Shown: piece by piece, positions 1-11,938 of the stretch
How the letters are laid out: every line of letters starts with the position of its first letter
Numbering within the stretch: position 1 is the first letter of the stretch
Source of the DNA: Dictyostelium discoideum
Taxonomy: Eukaryota
DNA length: 64,000 bases
NCBI GenBank assembly: GCA_000004695.1
Contig: CM000152.2
Coordinates: 4,960,001-5,024,000, forward strand
Reading direction: 5' to 3'
Notes under the pieces: generated by a model
Told to the model about the DNA's origin: nothing
Seen by the model: only the letters and a program-made list of their open reading frames with translations
Databases searched by the model: none
Program-made: the position numbers and the translations under genes

Positions 1-414
1 ATGAAAAAGAGAAATCATCAAAATTATTAAATAATATTTTACCAGATTTTATTATTGAAAATATTGTATATGATTTTGAAAAGAGAGATATTGTAATTCC
101 AGAGCCAGAAGAGTACAAATCATGTTCAATACTTTGTTTTGATATTGTTCAATTTACAAATATGAGTGCAAAATTAGATTCACCATCACGTTTGGTTGAT
201 TTGTTAACCCAAGTATTTAGAGAATTCGATACAGTAGTCTTAAGAAATGGTTGTCAAAAAATTAAAACTGATGGTGATGCTTACATTTGTGCTTGTGGTT
301 TAAAGAGTAAAAAGAAAGCAAAGAAACAAATGCCAAATAGTAAAAGTACTCCACTTTTACAATCAACTTCTTCAACAAGTGTAAATAATATAGATTTAGA
401 TAAAGATAATAAAG

Positions 415-445
<31 letters not shown>

Positions 446-3128
446 TAGTAACAATAATTTTAAAAATAAAAATAATATTATTAATAATAATAATAATAGC
501 AATAGCAACAACAACAATAACAATAACAGCAACAACAACAACATCAATAACAGCGGTAATGATGATGATGATGAAGAAATTGAAGATAGTGAATTAGAAC
601 ATTTTGAAAAATTAATTGATGTTGCAATTGAAATTATGAATTTAGATGTTTTAAAAGAGACTGGTAATACTGAAGGTATTCAAGTACAATTTAGATGTGG
701 TATTGCAGCTGGTTCAGTTTATGGTGGTGTTATTGGTTCTCAAAAGTATCAATTCGATATTTGGGGTGATACAATCGCCAGAAGTCATACCCTCGAACAA
801 TTGGGTCAACCAGGTAAAGTTCATGTTGGCGAAACAATCATGACCCACAAAAATTGGTTGAAAAAGTGGCAATATAATTATAATATCGTTTCAAACTCTG
901 AATGTAAAGATCAAGAACATGATTATGAATTTCATAAAGCTCATGGTGAATGTATAACAAGTTACTTTGTAGATTGGAAAGATGACTATAGAGAGAAAAA
1001 GAAAAAAGATTTATCTTGTGACTTTAGTATTAATAAAGTTTTAAATGCTGAAACAATTGAATCAAAATCAAATAATAATAATTATAATAATAATAATTAT
1101 AATAATAATAATTATAATAATAATTATAATAATAATAATTTAAATAATAATAGTAATAATAATAATAATGAATATGGATCATCGTCTTCATCTTCTTCAG
1201 TATTAGGAGAAGCTGTTACCGAACAAATTGATTGCAACAATACAAATCCACCATTACAACATAAGAAATCACAATCAATTTTAACAAATAATGAAAATGA
1301 TATTGTTTCACCATCACTAACAAGTAATAGTCCAATTTTAGATACAACTGTAAATAATAATAATAATAATAATAATACCAATAATAATAATAAAAATCAA
1401 AATAATATTTATGGAAATAATAATAATAATGAAGAAGATTTTAAAATTAAATCAAAATCAAATAGTTCATTTGAAATTGAAATGTCAAATATTAAGAAAC
1501 CAAAGAGTAGATTTATTGATAGAGTTATGGGAATTTTACATCATGTTAAAATTAGTAATGATAAAATTGATAAAGAGATTATACAAATCGATGAAGATTT
1601 TGTAAAGGTTACAAAATTAAGAAAGTACTTTTTATTTTTTGAGAATTTAACCACCGAGAAATTCTTTCACAAATATGTTATTATCAATAATGTTGTTGAA
1701 ACTAAATTCTTTTTAGTCATTGGTTTAATATTACATTTAATGTTTTATTTAGATGATCACATTATGGATTCTGCACCTTATTTCAATAGTAATGTAATCT
1801 ATTTGGTTATGGGTATTGCATTTTTGGTTTACATTGGTTTATCATTCACTAGAATCTTTAGAACTCCATTGGTTTATCAAATAGCTTTCTTTATTCTCTT
1901 ATGCGCATTTGGTGTTTGTACAGTTTTAGAATTAATTAGATTCCAAAATCCATTAGCAAGATCTTCTTTAACTCGTGTTTGTGCAACTTTATTTTATTTA
2001 AATGTTTTCCATTCTTTAAATTTCTTATCTGTTTTATTTTTAAATCTTTTTATTTTTTGTAAGTATTTATTATATTAAATATAAATATAGAATTTATTTA
2101 TTATTAAAAAAAAAAAGATATTAATATATTTTTTATTATTTTTTTTAGCATTTTTCATAATTTGTAGTATTTTAATTTCACCAACTTTAACAAATCATTT
2201 ATATGAAACCGATTACATTGGATTTGTTATTGTTTTACTTATTCAAATTTGTTCATCCTATGGTATGAAATTGGCAATGAGAAAAGCATGGGTTGTAAAT
2301 TGTAAAATCAATTTTAAGACAATTAGTGTAAATAAAGAGAAAGATAAATTCAATTTCTTATTGAAATCAATTTTCCCACAATCTGCATTAACCAAATTAA
2401 GAGATATGATAGATACTCCAAATATTGAAACCAAAGGTATAGTTTATGTTCAACCACATCAAGATGTTTCAATTATGTTCATTCAAATTGCAGGTTTCCA
2501 AGAATATGATGAACCAAAAGATTTAATTAAGAAATTGAATGATATCTTTTCTTTCTTTGATGGTTTACTTAATCAAAAGTATGGTGGAACCGTCGAAAAG
2601 ATTAAAACCATTGGTAACACTTATATGGCGGTTTCAGGTTTAGATGGTAGTCCATCATTCTTGGAGAAAATGTCTGATTTCGCTTTGGATGTTAAAGCAT
2701 ACACAAACTCTGTTGCAATTTCAAGAGTAGTTAGAATTGGTATTAGTCATGGTCCTTTGGTTGCTGGTTGTATCGGTATCAGTAGAGCAAAGTTTGATGT
2801 TTGGGGTGATACTGCCAATACCGCCTCTAGAATGCAATCCAATGCTCAAGATAATGAAATCATGGTAACTCATAGTGTTTATGAAAGATTGAATAAATTG
2901 TTTTACTTTGATGATGAAAAAGAAATCCTTGTAAAAGGTAAAGGTAAAATGGTAACTCATGTACTTAAAGGTAAAAAAGATCTTGAACAAACAAACAAAT
3001 GGTTCACTAAACCACCCGAAGTTTGGGAAGTTAATGCTACTCCTGCTGGTATTGCCTCACCATTATCTGGAACTCTCTTGGGTGAAATTGGCTCATTCAC
3101 TACTCCAAGATTCCATCTTTCAAGTTAA
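1..3128 (+). CDS. acaA: 12-TM class III adenylyl cyclase, ACA-type (5' end outside window). Exons are approximately <1..2058 and 2149..3128 with a phase-1 intron. C1 catalytic domain at about 3-850, a second 6-TM block at about 1640-2260, C2 catalytic domain at about 2300-2900.
   Basis: Frame 3 is open from nt 3 (EKEKSSKLLNNILPDFIIENIVYDFEKRDIVIPEPEEYKSCSILCFDIVQFTNM...). Domain 1 carries both metal-binding Asp residues (FDIVQFT, KTDGDAY), which makes it C1-like. It is followed by hydrophobic helices, then an intron with GTAAGT at 2059 and TTTTTTAG ending at 2148. Domain 2 lacks the metal Asps but has the adenine-specifying Lys in EKIKTIGNTYM, the Asp in FDVWGDT, and the transition-state Asn/Arg in TANTASRM. 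That is the mammalian-AC/ACA order, not the transposed order reported for GCA. Poly-Asn inserts lie in the C1b region. Assigning it to acaA specifically is inference. Confidence 0.6.
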
Positions 3129-3445
3129 GAAGGCAAAACACAACAAATATATATTTATAAAAATTCAATTGTCAATAATAAAAATAATTTTGATGGAAAA
3201 GTTAATTCTTTTTTAATTGGGAAAAAAAAAAAAAAAAAACTAAAAAACTAAAACAAAAACTAAAAAAAAAAAAAAAAATTGTATTATTAAAAATAAATAA
3301 AAATAAATAAAAATAAATGTTAAAAATAAATACCCTTTTATAAAATAAATTATTATTTTTTAATTAAGTGAAAAAAAAAATAAAAATTATAATAATTTTT
3401 ATTTTTTAATTATTTATTTTTTATTTATTTGATTAAATTAAAAAA

Positions 3446-5153
3446 TTATGGTAATAGTTTTAAAGATTTATTAATTCTATTAAGTTTTTTCATTTTTCTA
3501 CAATTAAAAATCCAAGAAATTATGAAAGCAGTTAGAAAGATTAAAAACATAGAAAGTACCCCACAAAAGTAAGATAAAAGATTTTCCCTAAGTTCGTTCC
3601 ATTGTTTGGCAGTATCACTTGGAGTTTGACATGATTCGGCCAAATCAGTGAATGACGAATCACCATAGAAATTTGTATTTGCTTCATCACAAACAATTAG
3701 TTGGAAATCATTGGTACTTGATGGTGCAAATACAAATTGATTATTGTTGGCAATTACGTCTGATAAGAGAGAATTTATAATCGATGTACCATTTGAAAAA
3801 ATACGATTTGAAAATAAATAAATATTAGACATCTGAGGGCTGAAGAGTCCAACATTACCATGGAGGTTACCTTCTTTGGTGTTAAAATCACTAGAAACAT
3901 ATAAATCAATAGTACTATTTTCAAAGTATGCAAAGGTACTAATTAAGGTTATAACATCCATTATCACACCACTACTATAGTTAAGCTCAACATTGAATTG
4001 ATTTGCATTCAAAAGAGAATTAACAGAATAAATTAGTGATCTTGAACCATCAAATTCTCCAGAAATACTAACTTGGTTTAATGAAACACGACAATTGGAA
4101 AATCTAAGAAAAAAGGAATATATACTTCCATAATATTTTGTATTAATAATTGATACATTATTCATTGTAAAACTACCTGCAGTAATTGAGGCAATTGAAC
4201 TTCCACGATAAATTAAAAAAGAGTTGAAAATTGTATTTGAGATTGTTAAGTCAATTATAGGACCAAAATCATAATTAAGTACAAATGGGACATTATTATT
4301 GACATTGGTGATGTTATTTGAACCAAAATTGCAATTGTTTAAGATGAATGAAATATTGATATTATCATTTGGATATTGTTCACCAAAAAAGTATTGTGTT
4401 ACCATTTTCATTTCTAAATCTTGACTTGATTCATCATTTTTTAACAATTTAGAGGAATCCATTGATAATGGTTTTTTAATTCCATGATTTTTTAAATCAT
4501 TTGATTCACTACTAATTCTTGAATTACCTGAGAGTGAAAAATATGGAGAATAAAGAGATTCACATAAAAAATTTACATTTTCAATATCAACATTTAAAAA
4601 TGCATTTACACCTATATAACCTTGGAAAAAACAACCAGACTCTGAAACATTTAAAGAGTTACATCCAGAGATTGTTACATATCTAATCATAATGTTTGTA
4701 GGAACAATACTAGTTGCTTTATATGGATATTCGACAATGAATATTGGTGATACTGTACCATTTATATTTGGAACTAAAAATTGTACCAAATCATTTGAAT
4801 TTTGGGCACTAATAGAAATATTCAAACCATATAAATTTATTGGATTTTGAGAATAATAATTTCCTGAATCCAATAAAATTTCAATTGAATATTGATTATA
4901 TTCATAGGATTTGATTTGTTGAATTGAATAACCAATTGTTTTTCTAAAAAAAAAAAAAAAAAAAAAAATTAATTAATTATATATCATTACCAATAAATTA
5001 TTATCATTTTTTATTTATATATACTTACCATGGAGATGTAAAACTACCACAAGAGTTATTATCATTACCACTATTGGAAATGTATTTTGAGAATTGTATG
5101 TTACCAAAAGTTGAATTTATTAAAAGGAAAATTAAAAGTATTAAGTATTTCAT
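3446..5153 (-). CDS. Type I membrane/secreted glycoprotein, paralogue A. Exon 1 is 5153..5029 (signal peptide MKYLILLIFLLINSTFG...), exon 2 is 4943..3446. C-terminal TM plus a short basic tail. May be a pseudogene, see findings.
   Basis: Minus-strand ATG at 5153, cleavable signal peptide, donor GTAAGT at 5028, sole acceptor AG at 4945-4944, long ORF 3446..4873, many N-x-S/T sites. The C-terminal hydrophobic helix is followed by WIFNCRKMKKLNRINKSLKLLP. It is colinear with the downstream paralogue B (NLYGLNI...ISG..., FAYFENSTI..., LFSNRI.SNG.SI motifs). Confidence 0.55.
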
Positions 5154-5872
5154 ATTTGTATTTATTGTTTATTTAAAAGAAAAATTGTATAATAATAAAA
5201 AAAAAAAAAAAAATTATTTTATGGTTGTTTTTTTAAACAAAAAAATCTGATTTCGATAAAAATTAATTGAATGGTGATGTGTTTGTTTTGATCTCAAAAA
5301 AAAAAGTAGTTCCAAAAAATTATTATTATTAAAATCTAAATTTTTTTTTTTTTTTTTATAAAATGATATAGTAAAAATCATAATTTGAATATAAAAAAAA
5401 AAAATAATCTTCAACTCAATTATTTATTAACTTTGGTTTTAAATTTTTAAACAAACTTGAATATTCATTTTTATTTATTTTTGTATTTTTTTTTTTATTT
5501 TTAGAATAATGATTTCATTTTTTTTTTTAAAAAATCTTTGTTTTCCAACAAAAATTATGGAAAATATCTGAAATCCAAAAATATAAAAAAAAAATAAAAA
5601 AATAGGTTTAAAAGAAACTGTTTAAATATTTTTTCACTTTTTAAACATTTTTTTTTTCTACTTTTTCAAGTTTTTGATTGTTTTTTAAATAATTTTATAT
5701 TGGTGTTAAAAAAATAAAATGTGCGTAAAAAAAAAAAAAAAAAAAAAATTAAAAATATATAAATAATATAATTTGAATGTACATTTAATTTTTTTTTTTT
5801 TTTTTTTAAAAAAAAAAACATTTATTTTAGTTTTAATTATTATAAATTACTGTACATTTTATTTTTTTTATT

Positions 5873-7936
5873 CTATGCAGAATCATTGATTGATAAAAGT
5901 GATTTTGCTGCTTCTGCAGCTTCTTCTTCTTTTTCCTTTTTTAATTTTTGAATTGCTTTTCTTTTTCTTCTACAACACTTTCCAATAGCTGAAATGGTGA
6001 ACATAGTAACGAAAACCAATACAATGGAGAGAACACCACTTAAATATGATATGATAATTTCAAGTAAGTTGGCGTTAGTATTCCAAAATGATAAAACATT
6101 AATTTTAGCTTGACAAGAATCAGAGTAAGAAGTGAATTGATAATCACCATAGAATCTTGATATTCCATAGTCACATTGGACCAATTGATAAGAGTTTACA
6201 CTGTAAGGTGCATATTGGAATTGATTATTATTTGCTGATACATCTGAAGATTGAGAGTAAACAATTGATGAACCATTGGAACTGATACGATTAGAGAAAA
6301 GGTAAAGCTCAGAATTTACTGGATTGAAAATAGCAATATTACTTGAGAAATAATTTTTAACATCAGATTTTACGGATAAAACGATAGTGCTATTTTCAAA
6401 GTAAGCAAATGATTCTGTTAAAGTGATAAGATGATATGAAATTTCATAGTTTTTCTCTGAAATTATATTGAATTGATTGGCAGTTACAATACAATTAACA
6501 GCTTTGATAAATGGACCACTTATGGAACCGGAAATACTAACTTTGTTAAAAGAGACACGAGCATTAACCAAATAAAAGAGAGAGTTTGTTCCATTTGACA
6601 CAAATGATAAAGAAACAATAGAAACATTATCCATGGTTAAACTACCTCCGTAAAGTTGTACAAGTGGAGCACTATTAAATATATAATTTGTGTTAAAGAT
6701 TGAATTTGTGATTTTTAAATCAATGGTAAAATCAAAATTGGCATTTAAAACAACTGGATATTGATTATTCATTTGATAATTAAATTGACAATTGTTAAAG
6801 GCGAAAGAAATGTTAATGTTGTCATATGGATAAGAGTTTACACCAAATACTTGGTCTACAACTTCCATATAGAGATCTTGATAATAATTGTTATTATCAT
6901 TTTCACTATTATATGAAGATTCTGATGAATATGATTCTGGTGAATATGATTCTGATGAATATGATTCTGATGAATATGATTCTGATGAATATGATCCTGA
7001 TGATTCTGATCCTGATGATTCTGATGAATATGATCCTGATGATTCTGATGAATATGATCCTGATGATTCTGAATTGAATTCAGATGAATATGATTCTGAA
7101 TTTGATTCTGAATTTGATTCAGATGAAGAGTAAGATTCTGAACCATATGGAAGTTGATTTTTTTTTTGAGCAAGTTGATCATAAGAGTTATAGTTGTTGG
7201 AAACTGAAAAATATGAAAAATCGCTATTTGCACATGAAAATATTACATTTTCTGTTTTTACATTTAAAAATAGATTTTGGTAGGAATTAATATTTGATTG
7301 TAAAAGTAAACCATTCCAAGTGTATGATAAATCACAAGTAACAGTAAGATCTCTAAAAACGATATTTGTTGGAATAATATCATAATAATTTGAATGGTCT
7401 ACAGTGAATTGTGCTGTACCTAATGATGATGATGCTAAAAGTTGAACCGATTCTCCTGGGTTGGCTGCTCCAATTGTAATATTTAAACCATATAAATTGG
7501 TTGGTGTTAAAGAATGATGTGTTCCACGACCCAATAAAATTTCAATTGAAAATTGCTCATAAGAATATGATTTGATTTGATTAATTACATATTCAATTGA
7601 TTTACTTTTGTTTTTTTTTTTTTTTTTTGATAAAAAAAATAAAAAAAATAAATAAATAAAAAATTAGTATAAAAAATAATTTTGGTAAAATAAATAAATA
7701 AAAATAAATAAAAAATAAAAAATAAAAATAAAAATAAATAAAAAAAAAAATAAAAAAAAAAATAAAAATAAAAAATAAAAAAATAAAAAAAAAAAATTAA
7801 CTTACCATGGTTCCGTTGATGCACCACAATTTGGTTGATTATAACCATTAAAATCAACATATTTTTGAAATGTGATTTGGCCAAGTGATATATTTACTAT
7901 TGAAAGTAATACTACTAAAAGATTAAATATTTTCAT
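5873..7936 (-). CDS. Type I membrane glycoprotein, paralogue B. Exon 1 is about 7936..7806 (signal peptide MKIFNLLVVLLSIVNISLG), exon 2 is about 7604..5873. Contains an internal Ser/Glu/Tyr repeat insert. C-terminal TM plus a Lys/Glu-rich tail.
   Basis: Signal-peptide exon with donor GTAAGT. The intron is 100% A/T low-complexity sequence. The acceptor gives the in-frame junction ...EP-C-KSIEYVINQIKSYSYEQFSIEILLGRG... The architecture matches paralogue A. A repeat block at 6880-7135 encodes (SESY/SESSGSY)n. Confidence 0.6.
6880..7135 (-). repeat. Coding minisatellite of about 14 copies of an 18-bp unit (gattctgatgaatatgat and variants) inside paralogue B. It encodes a Ser-Glu-Ser-Tyr-rich low-complexity linker.
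   Basis: Direct tandem repetition is visible in the sequence. It produces three overlapping spurious ORFs in the ORF track (6826..7077, 6856..7233, 6888..7133). Confidence 0.8.
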
Positions 7937-8326
7937 ATTTTTGTATAAAAAAAAAAAATTAAACTAAAAAAAAAAAATTTAACTAAAAAAAAAAGATTTA
8001 TAAGGAGGAAAAAAAAATATTAAAAAAATATTAAAAAAATAAATAAAAAAAAAAATTAAAACAATTCTCTCGAAAAAAAAAGTTGGAACTGTTTTTACTT
8101 TTTTCTGAATTTTTGCTATAATATTATTGATGATGATGTGTTTGTTTTGTTTTTTCAATAAAAAAAAAAAATAATTAGAAAAAAAAAAATTAATAATAAT
8201 AAAAAAAAAAATAATTTATTTTGGGATTGATTATTCAAAATGAGTTATTTTTTTATACAATATTAATTTTTTTTATATTCCATAGTTTTTTTAACACCTT
8301 TGCCAAAAATAATCTATATTTAGGGT

Positions 8327-8362
<36 letters not shown>

Positions 8363-8464
8363 CGTTTATTTATTCGATAAACTTTGAATAAAATAAATTT
8401 TATTTAATATTTTTAATATTTTCTCCTAAAATTAAATTGTTGTTGTTATTGTTATTAATTATTA

Positions 8465-10967
8465 TTAAACCTTTTGATATCCATCATGTAAAGATTCAGT
8501 TAAATTAATATCAATTTTAGCACCTTTGATTTGATCACAGTAAGGAGTGTCAGAAAAATAGATTTGATTTATATTCTTTGGTTCCAATTCTTTTTTAATT
8601 CTTTCAGCCAAACCTGGAATACAAGAGAAACCACCAGTGATGACCAATTTTGAGAGATCATCTAAATTATTTTTAAAAGCTGGACGATTTCCCATTTGAT
8701 TGACGAAATTGGTGAGTGTAACGATAATATTTTCAGAGGCTTTATTTTTTTCAGAGAGTTGTGGATTAAAGTAGATTTCTGGAATTTTCGTAATGAATTG
8801 TTTGGAGGTTGGAGTATTTCTTTGTTCATTTTCAAAATCTAGACTAACTCTGACCATTTGATACCATGTAGGTTTTAATGAAAGACCACCTTTAGTAGTA
8901 GAATAGGAGGAATCTTGATAAGAGTAACTTTTAGTATACAAATCTTTATGACATTCAGAATTTTCACCGGCCATTGCAGCTATGCTATTAGCTTCATCAA
9001 TGATATCTTGACCAATCATAGATAAATTGATTGCATCAATTTGTTGACCATCTTGAAAAGCGGCTAAAACAGTGGTTTGACTACCAAACATTAAAACCAA
9101 ACCACTCTTTAATCCATGGGATTGTAATGCTAATAAACCACCATTTTTATAGAGAACCAATTCATTTGGTAGGTATCTTCTAATCTTTGAAAGATAATTA
9201 CCACCATCAGAACCAGCATAATTCAAAGGATTTACAATTAAAACGATTGGGGCATTTATTCTTATTCTTTTGAGTACTCTTTGAACCGAATATTTAATCA
9301 ATTCTTTCAATGGTTCATTCTCGAGGAATCTACCATTTCTAACACCAAAATAAAGGTCAGAGGTGGTTGTATCAGGACCAACTACCCATTTGTATCTATC
9401 CATTGACGACATAACATAGTGAGGTTGATATTCTTGACGTTTACCAACTCTTTGAACAAAAGAAAAAGCATAATTTATAGGTTCTGAGGAACTACAAAGT
9501 TTAACTCTCTCTGAGCCTATATCTAGGATCACGATTTGATTCTTTTTATAAAAGGTGTGAATATTTTGATAGGTTAACATCCATCTCTTGACATCCATTT
9601 TGGTTGGTTTTGATTTACTAGATTTAACAATTGATTCGTGGATTGAATTAACTTTGAAATTCAATACGTAATTCTTTTCAAAATTGAATGCCTCCATTGA
9701 GAAATCACGAATATAAATTCTTCTCCAAAGTGAATCCTTTGCCACGATGGTTGCAAAGTACTTACTGGTGACCCTTAATCTACCCAAATCAATTGGTTTC
9801 AATAGCACTAAAATATCGAATAGTTGCACCTCTGGTATGGTTGATAGTGTCACCAATGGTTTCTTTCTCAATGGTGATGTCACTGAAATATTCATATTCT
9901 TTATCTTTTGAGTGATTGCATCAATTGATGGATAACCCGTCAATAACATTTGAGCCTTTACATATAACGAAATTGCAGACTCAAGATCTTTCTCATCCTT
10001 TTCCTTTGAATCGGCTTTAAAGAATGTTGTCTTTGCCAATTCCATCTCTGCCTTCTCTTGAGCTGAAATCTCTTCATCCAAATTCTTATCTATACGAAGG
10101 AACATCATATCGACACGAACAATATATTTGACACCCTCTAAAACTTCTCCACCATCATGGAGAGTATCATGATTGAAAATGATTGCACTACCACTCTCTG
10201 GAACTACTGTGTCCTCCAATACATGTTTATCCAATAACAATGGGTTCTCAGAGGTAAAGAAATTGGTATTACCACCTTTAAATCCATCGTTTAAATAAAT
10301 TTGAATGGTATAAATTGAACGTCTATCTGGGTTGTCTGCAAATACTGCATCATAATGTGCCTTGAATCTACTACCTGGTAAATATTTGCTAAATGTAAAA
10401 CAATTATCAATACCAATTGGAATCCAAACTCCCTTTTGATCGAAACCATAAGGTCTAACACCTTCCAAATCACTCTCTCTAAAAATTGCTTCTAATCTTT
10501 CCCATAAAATATCTGATAATTTATCACTCTTTCCTAAATATCTTAAATTATTACGATATCCAGTTGGAAATTCTTTTTCAATTGAAACATAACCTTTTCT
10601 TTCACTTTCTTCAATAAAATGTCTTTATTTATTTTATTTTTTTTAAAAAATATATATATACAAATAAAATAAAATAAAATAAAATAAAAAATAAAAAATT
10701 AATTGATTTTTTTTCTTTTTTAAAAAAAATTTTATAAAAAATAAAAATAAAAATAAAGAAATAAATTAGAATCACTTACAAACATTCTTCTTTTGTTAAA
10801 ACATTTGTAACTTTAAAACCATTTGAGGTTGATAATTTTAAATCTGTTCTTTTTAATAATTCAGGTTTAAAATTTTCATTAGTAATGTTTTCATTAAAGC
10901 TTAATAAATCACTACCTGTTATAACCCTATTTTCTGGACATGTTGTTGTTGCACCTTCTTCTGCCAT
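8465..10967 (-). CDS. Multidomain protein: N-terminal 2OG-Fe(II) oxygenase (prolyl-4-hydroxylase-like) domain, central F-box, C-terminal actin-related (Arp-like) domain. Exon 1 is about 10967..10780, exon 2 is about 10622..8465.
   Basis: Exon 1 reads MAEEGATTTCPENRVITGSDLLSFNENITNENFKPELLKRTDLKLSTSNGFKVTNVLTKEEC then GTAAGT. Exon 2 continues in phase (L)HFIEESERKGYVSIEKEFPTGYRNN...GVRPYGFDQKGVWIPIGIDNCFTFSKYLPGSRFKAHYDAVF...IIFNHDTLHDGGEV, which gives an HxD...H iron triad. The F-box-like segment is LFDILVLLKPIDLGRLRVTSKYFATIVAKDSLWRRIY. The actin fold signatures are IVILDIGSERVKLC, LIVNPLNYAGSDGGN, GLVLMFGSQTTVLAAFQDG and LVITGGFSCIPGLAERIKKEL. Confidence 0.55.
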
Positions 10968-11131
10968 TGTTATATATAACAATTATAATAGTGTCTTTTT
11001 AAAAATAATAAGAAAGAAAAAAAAAAAAAAAACTTTCAAAAAAAAAAACTTTCAAAAAATAAATGAAAAAAAAATCATAAAAATTCCATGAAAATACTAG
11101 AAAATCTTGTTTTTTTTTTTTAAAAGTTTCT

Positions 11132-11174
<43 letters not shown>

Positions 11175-11504
11175 AAATAAAATAAAATAAAATAAAATTA
11201 AATAAAATTAAATAAATAATAATATTTAATACACAAAACTTTGTCTCACAGTATCATCACAACAATCATTATCACAATATATTTTATTTTTATATATTAT
11301 ATATGACTTTTTTCAAAATTATCAACTAAACAGATATTTTGAAAATTTTTAAAAAAATCGTCCACAAAATTTTTTTTTCACCCAATTCGGATTGGATCAA
11401 TACAATCATCTGTATTGTTCCACCCACCCAACATTGCATTTGGCATGTTTATATTCTTAGAAATTATTAAAACCAAAGTTTAAAAGTAATACTTTGTATT
11501 TAAT

Positions 11505-11572
<68 letters not shown>

Positions 11573-11938
11573 TCCAAGACACTAACACAGAAAGTGGTGA
11601 TTCAAAAAAATAAATTGTAATAAAATAAAGGATAAAAAAAAGGAAAAAATAAACAATTATTTTACAATTTTTTATTTGGACGGAGTTATTGTTAAAATTG
11701 ATTTTTTTTTTTTTTTTTTTTTTTGACAAGCTGGTATCGATTGTGGTTATATAATATAACTAAATCATCAGCATAACTTAAAAGTAAAATGGGTATATAC
11801 ACTGTTGTTGCTGCTGTAGTTGTTTTTTCTGTTGTGTTGTTGTTTACTGTTGTTTTTGTTGTTTGTTGCTGTTGTTCTATGTGTTGATGCTGTTGTTATT
11901 ATTATTATTATTATTATATTTATTTTTATTTTTATTTT

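Noticed and set aside
281-1381. Minus-strand ORFs of poly-Leu or poly-Ile (281..547, 1124..1381), and analogous antisense or alternative-frame ORFs at 31079-32727, 41491..41793, 46815..47006, 48416..48667, 49015..49299, 49430..49708, 49971..50153 and 21284..21966.
   Set aside because: They are reading-frame shadows of (AAT)n/(CAA)n/(GAA)n coding repeats inside genuine genes on the other strand or frame (cyclase, GATA factor, ddx24, myotubularin, SNF2 helicase). Their composition is homopolymeric and they have no independent signals.
7585-7884. 99-aa minus-strand ORF rich in Phe/Tyr.
   Set aside because: It lies entirely within the A/T-only intron 1 of surface-protein paralogue B. Its composition, (TTT/TAT)n translated, shows it is not coding.
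3446-7936. Possibility that the two surface-protein genes are fragments of one gene.
   Set aside because: Each has its own ATG, signal peptide, stop codon and TM helix plus tail. About 700 bp of A/T-rich spacer lies between the stop of B and the start of A.
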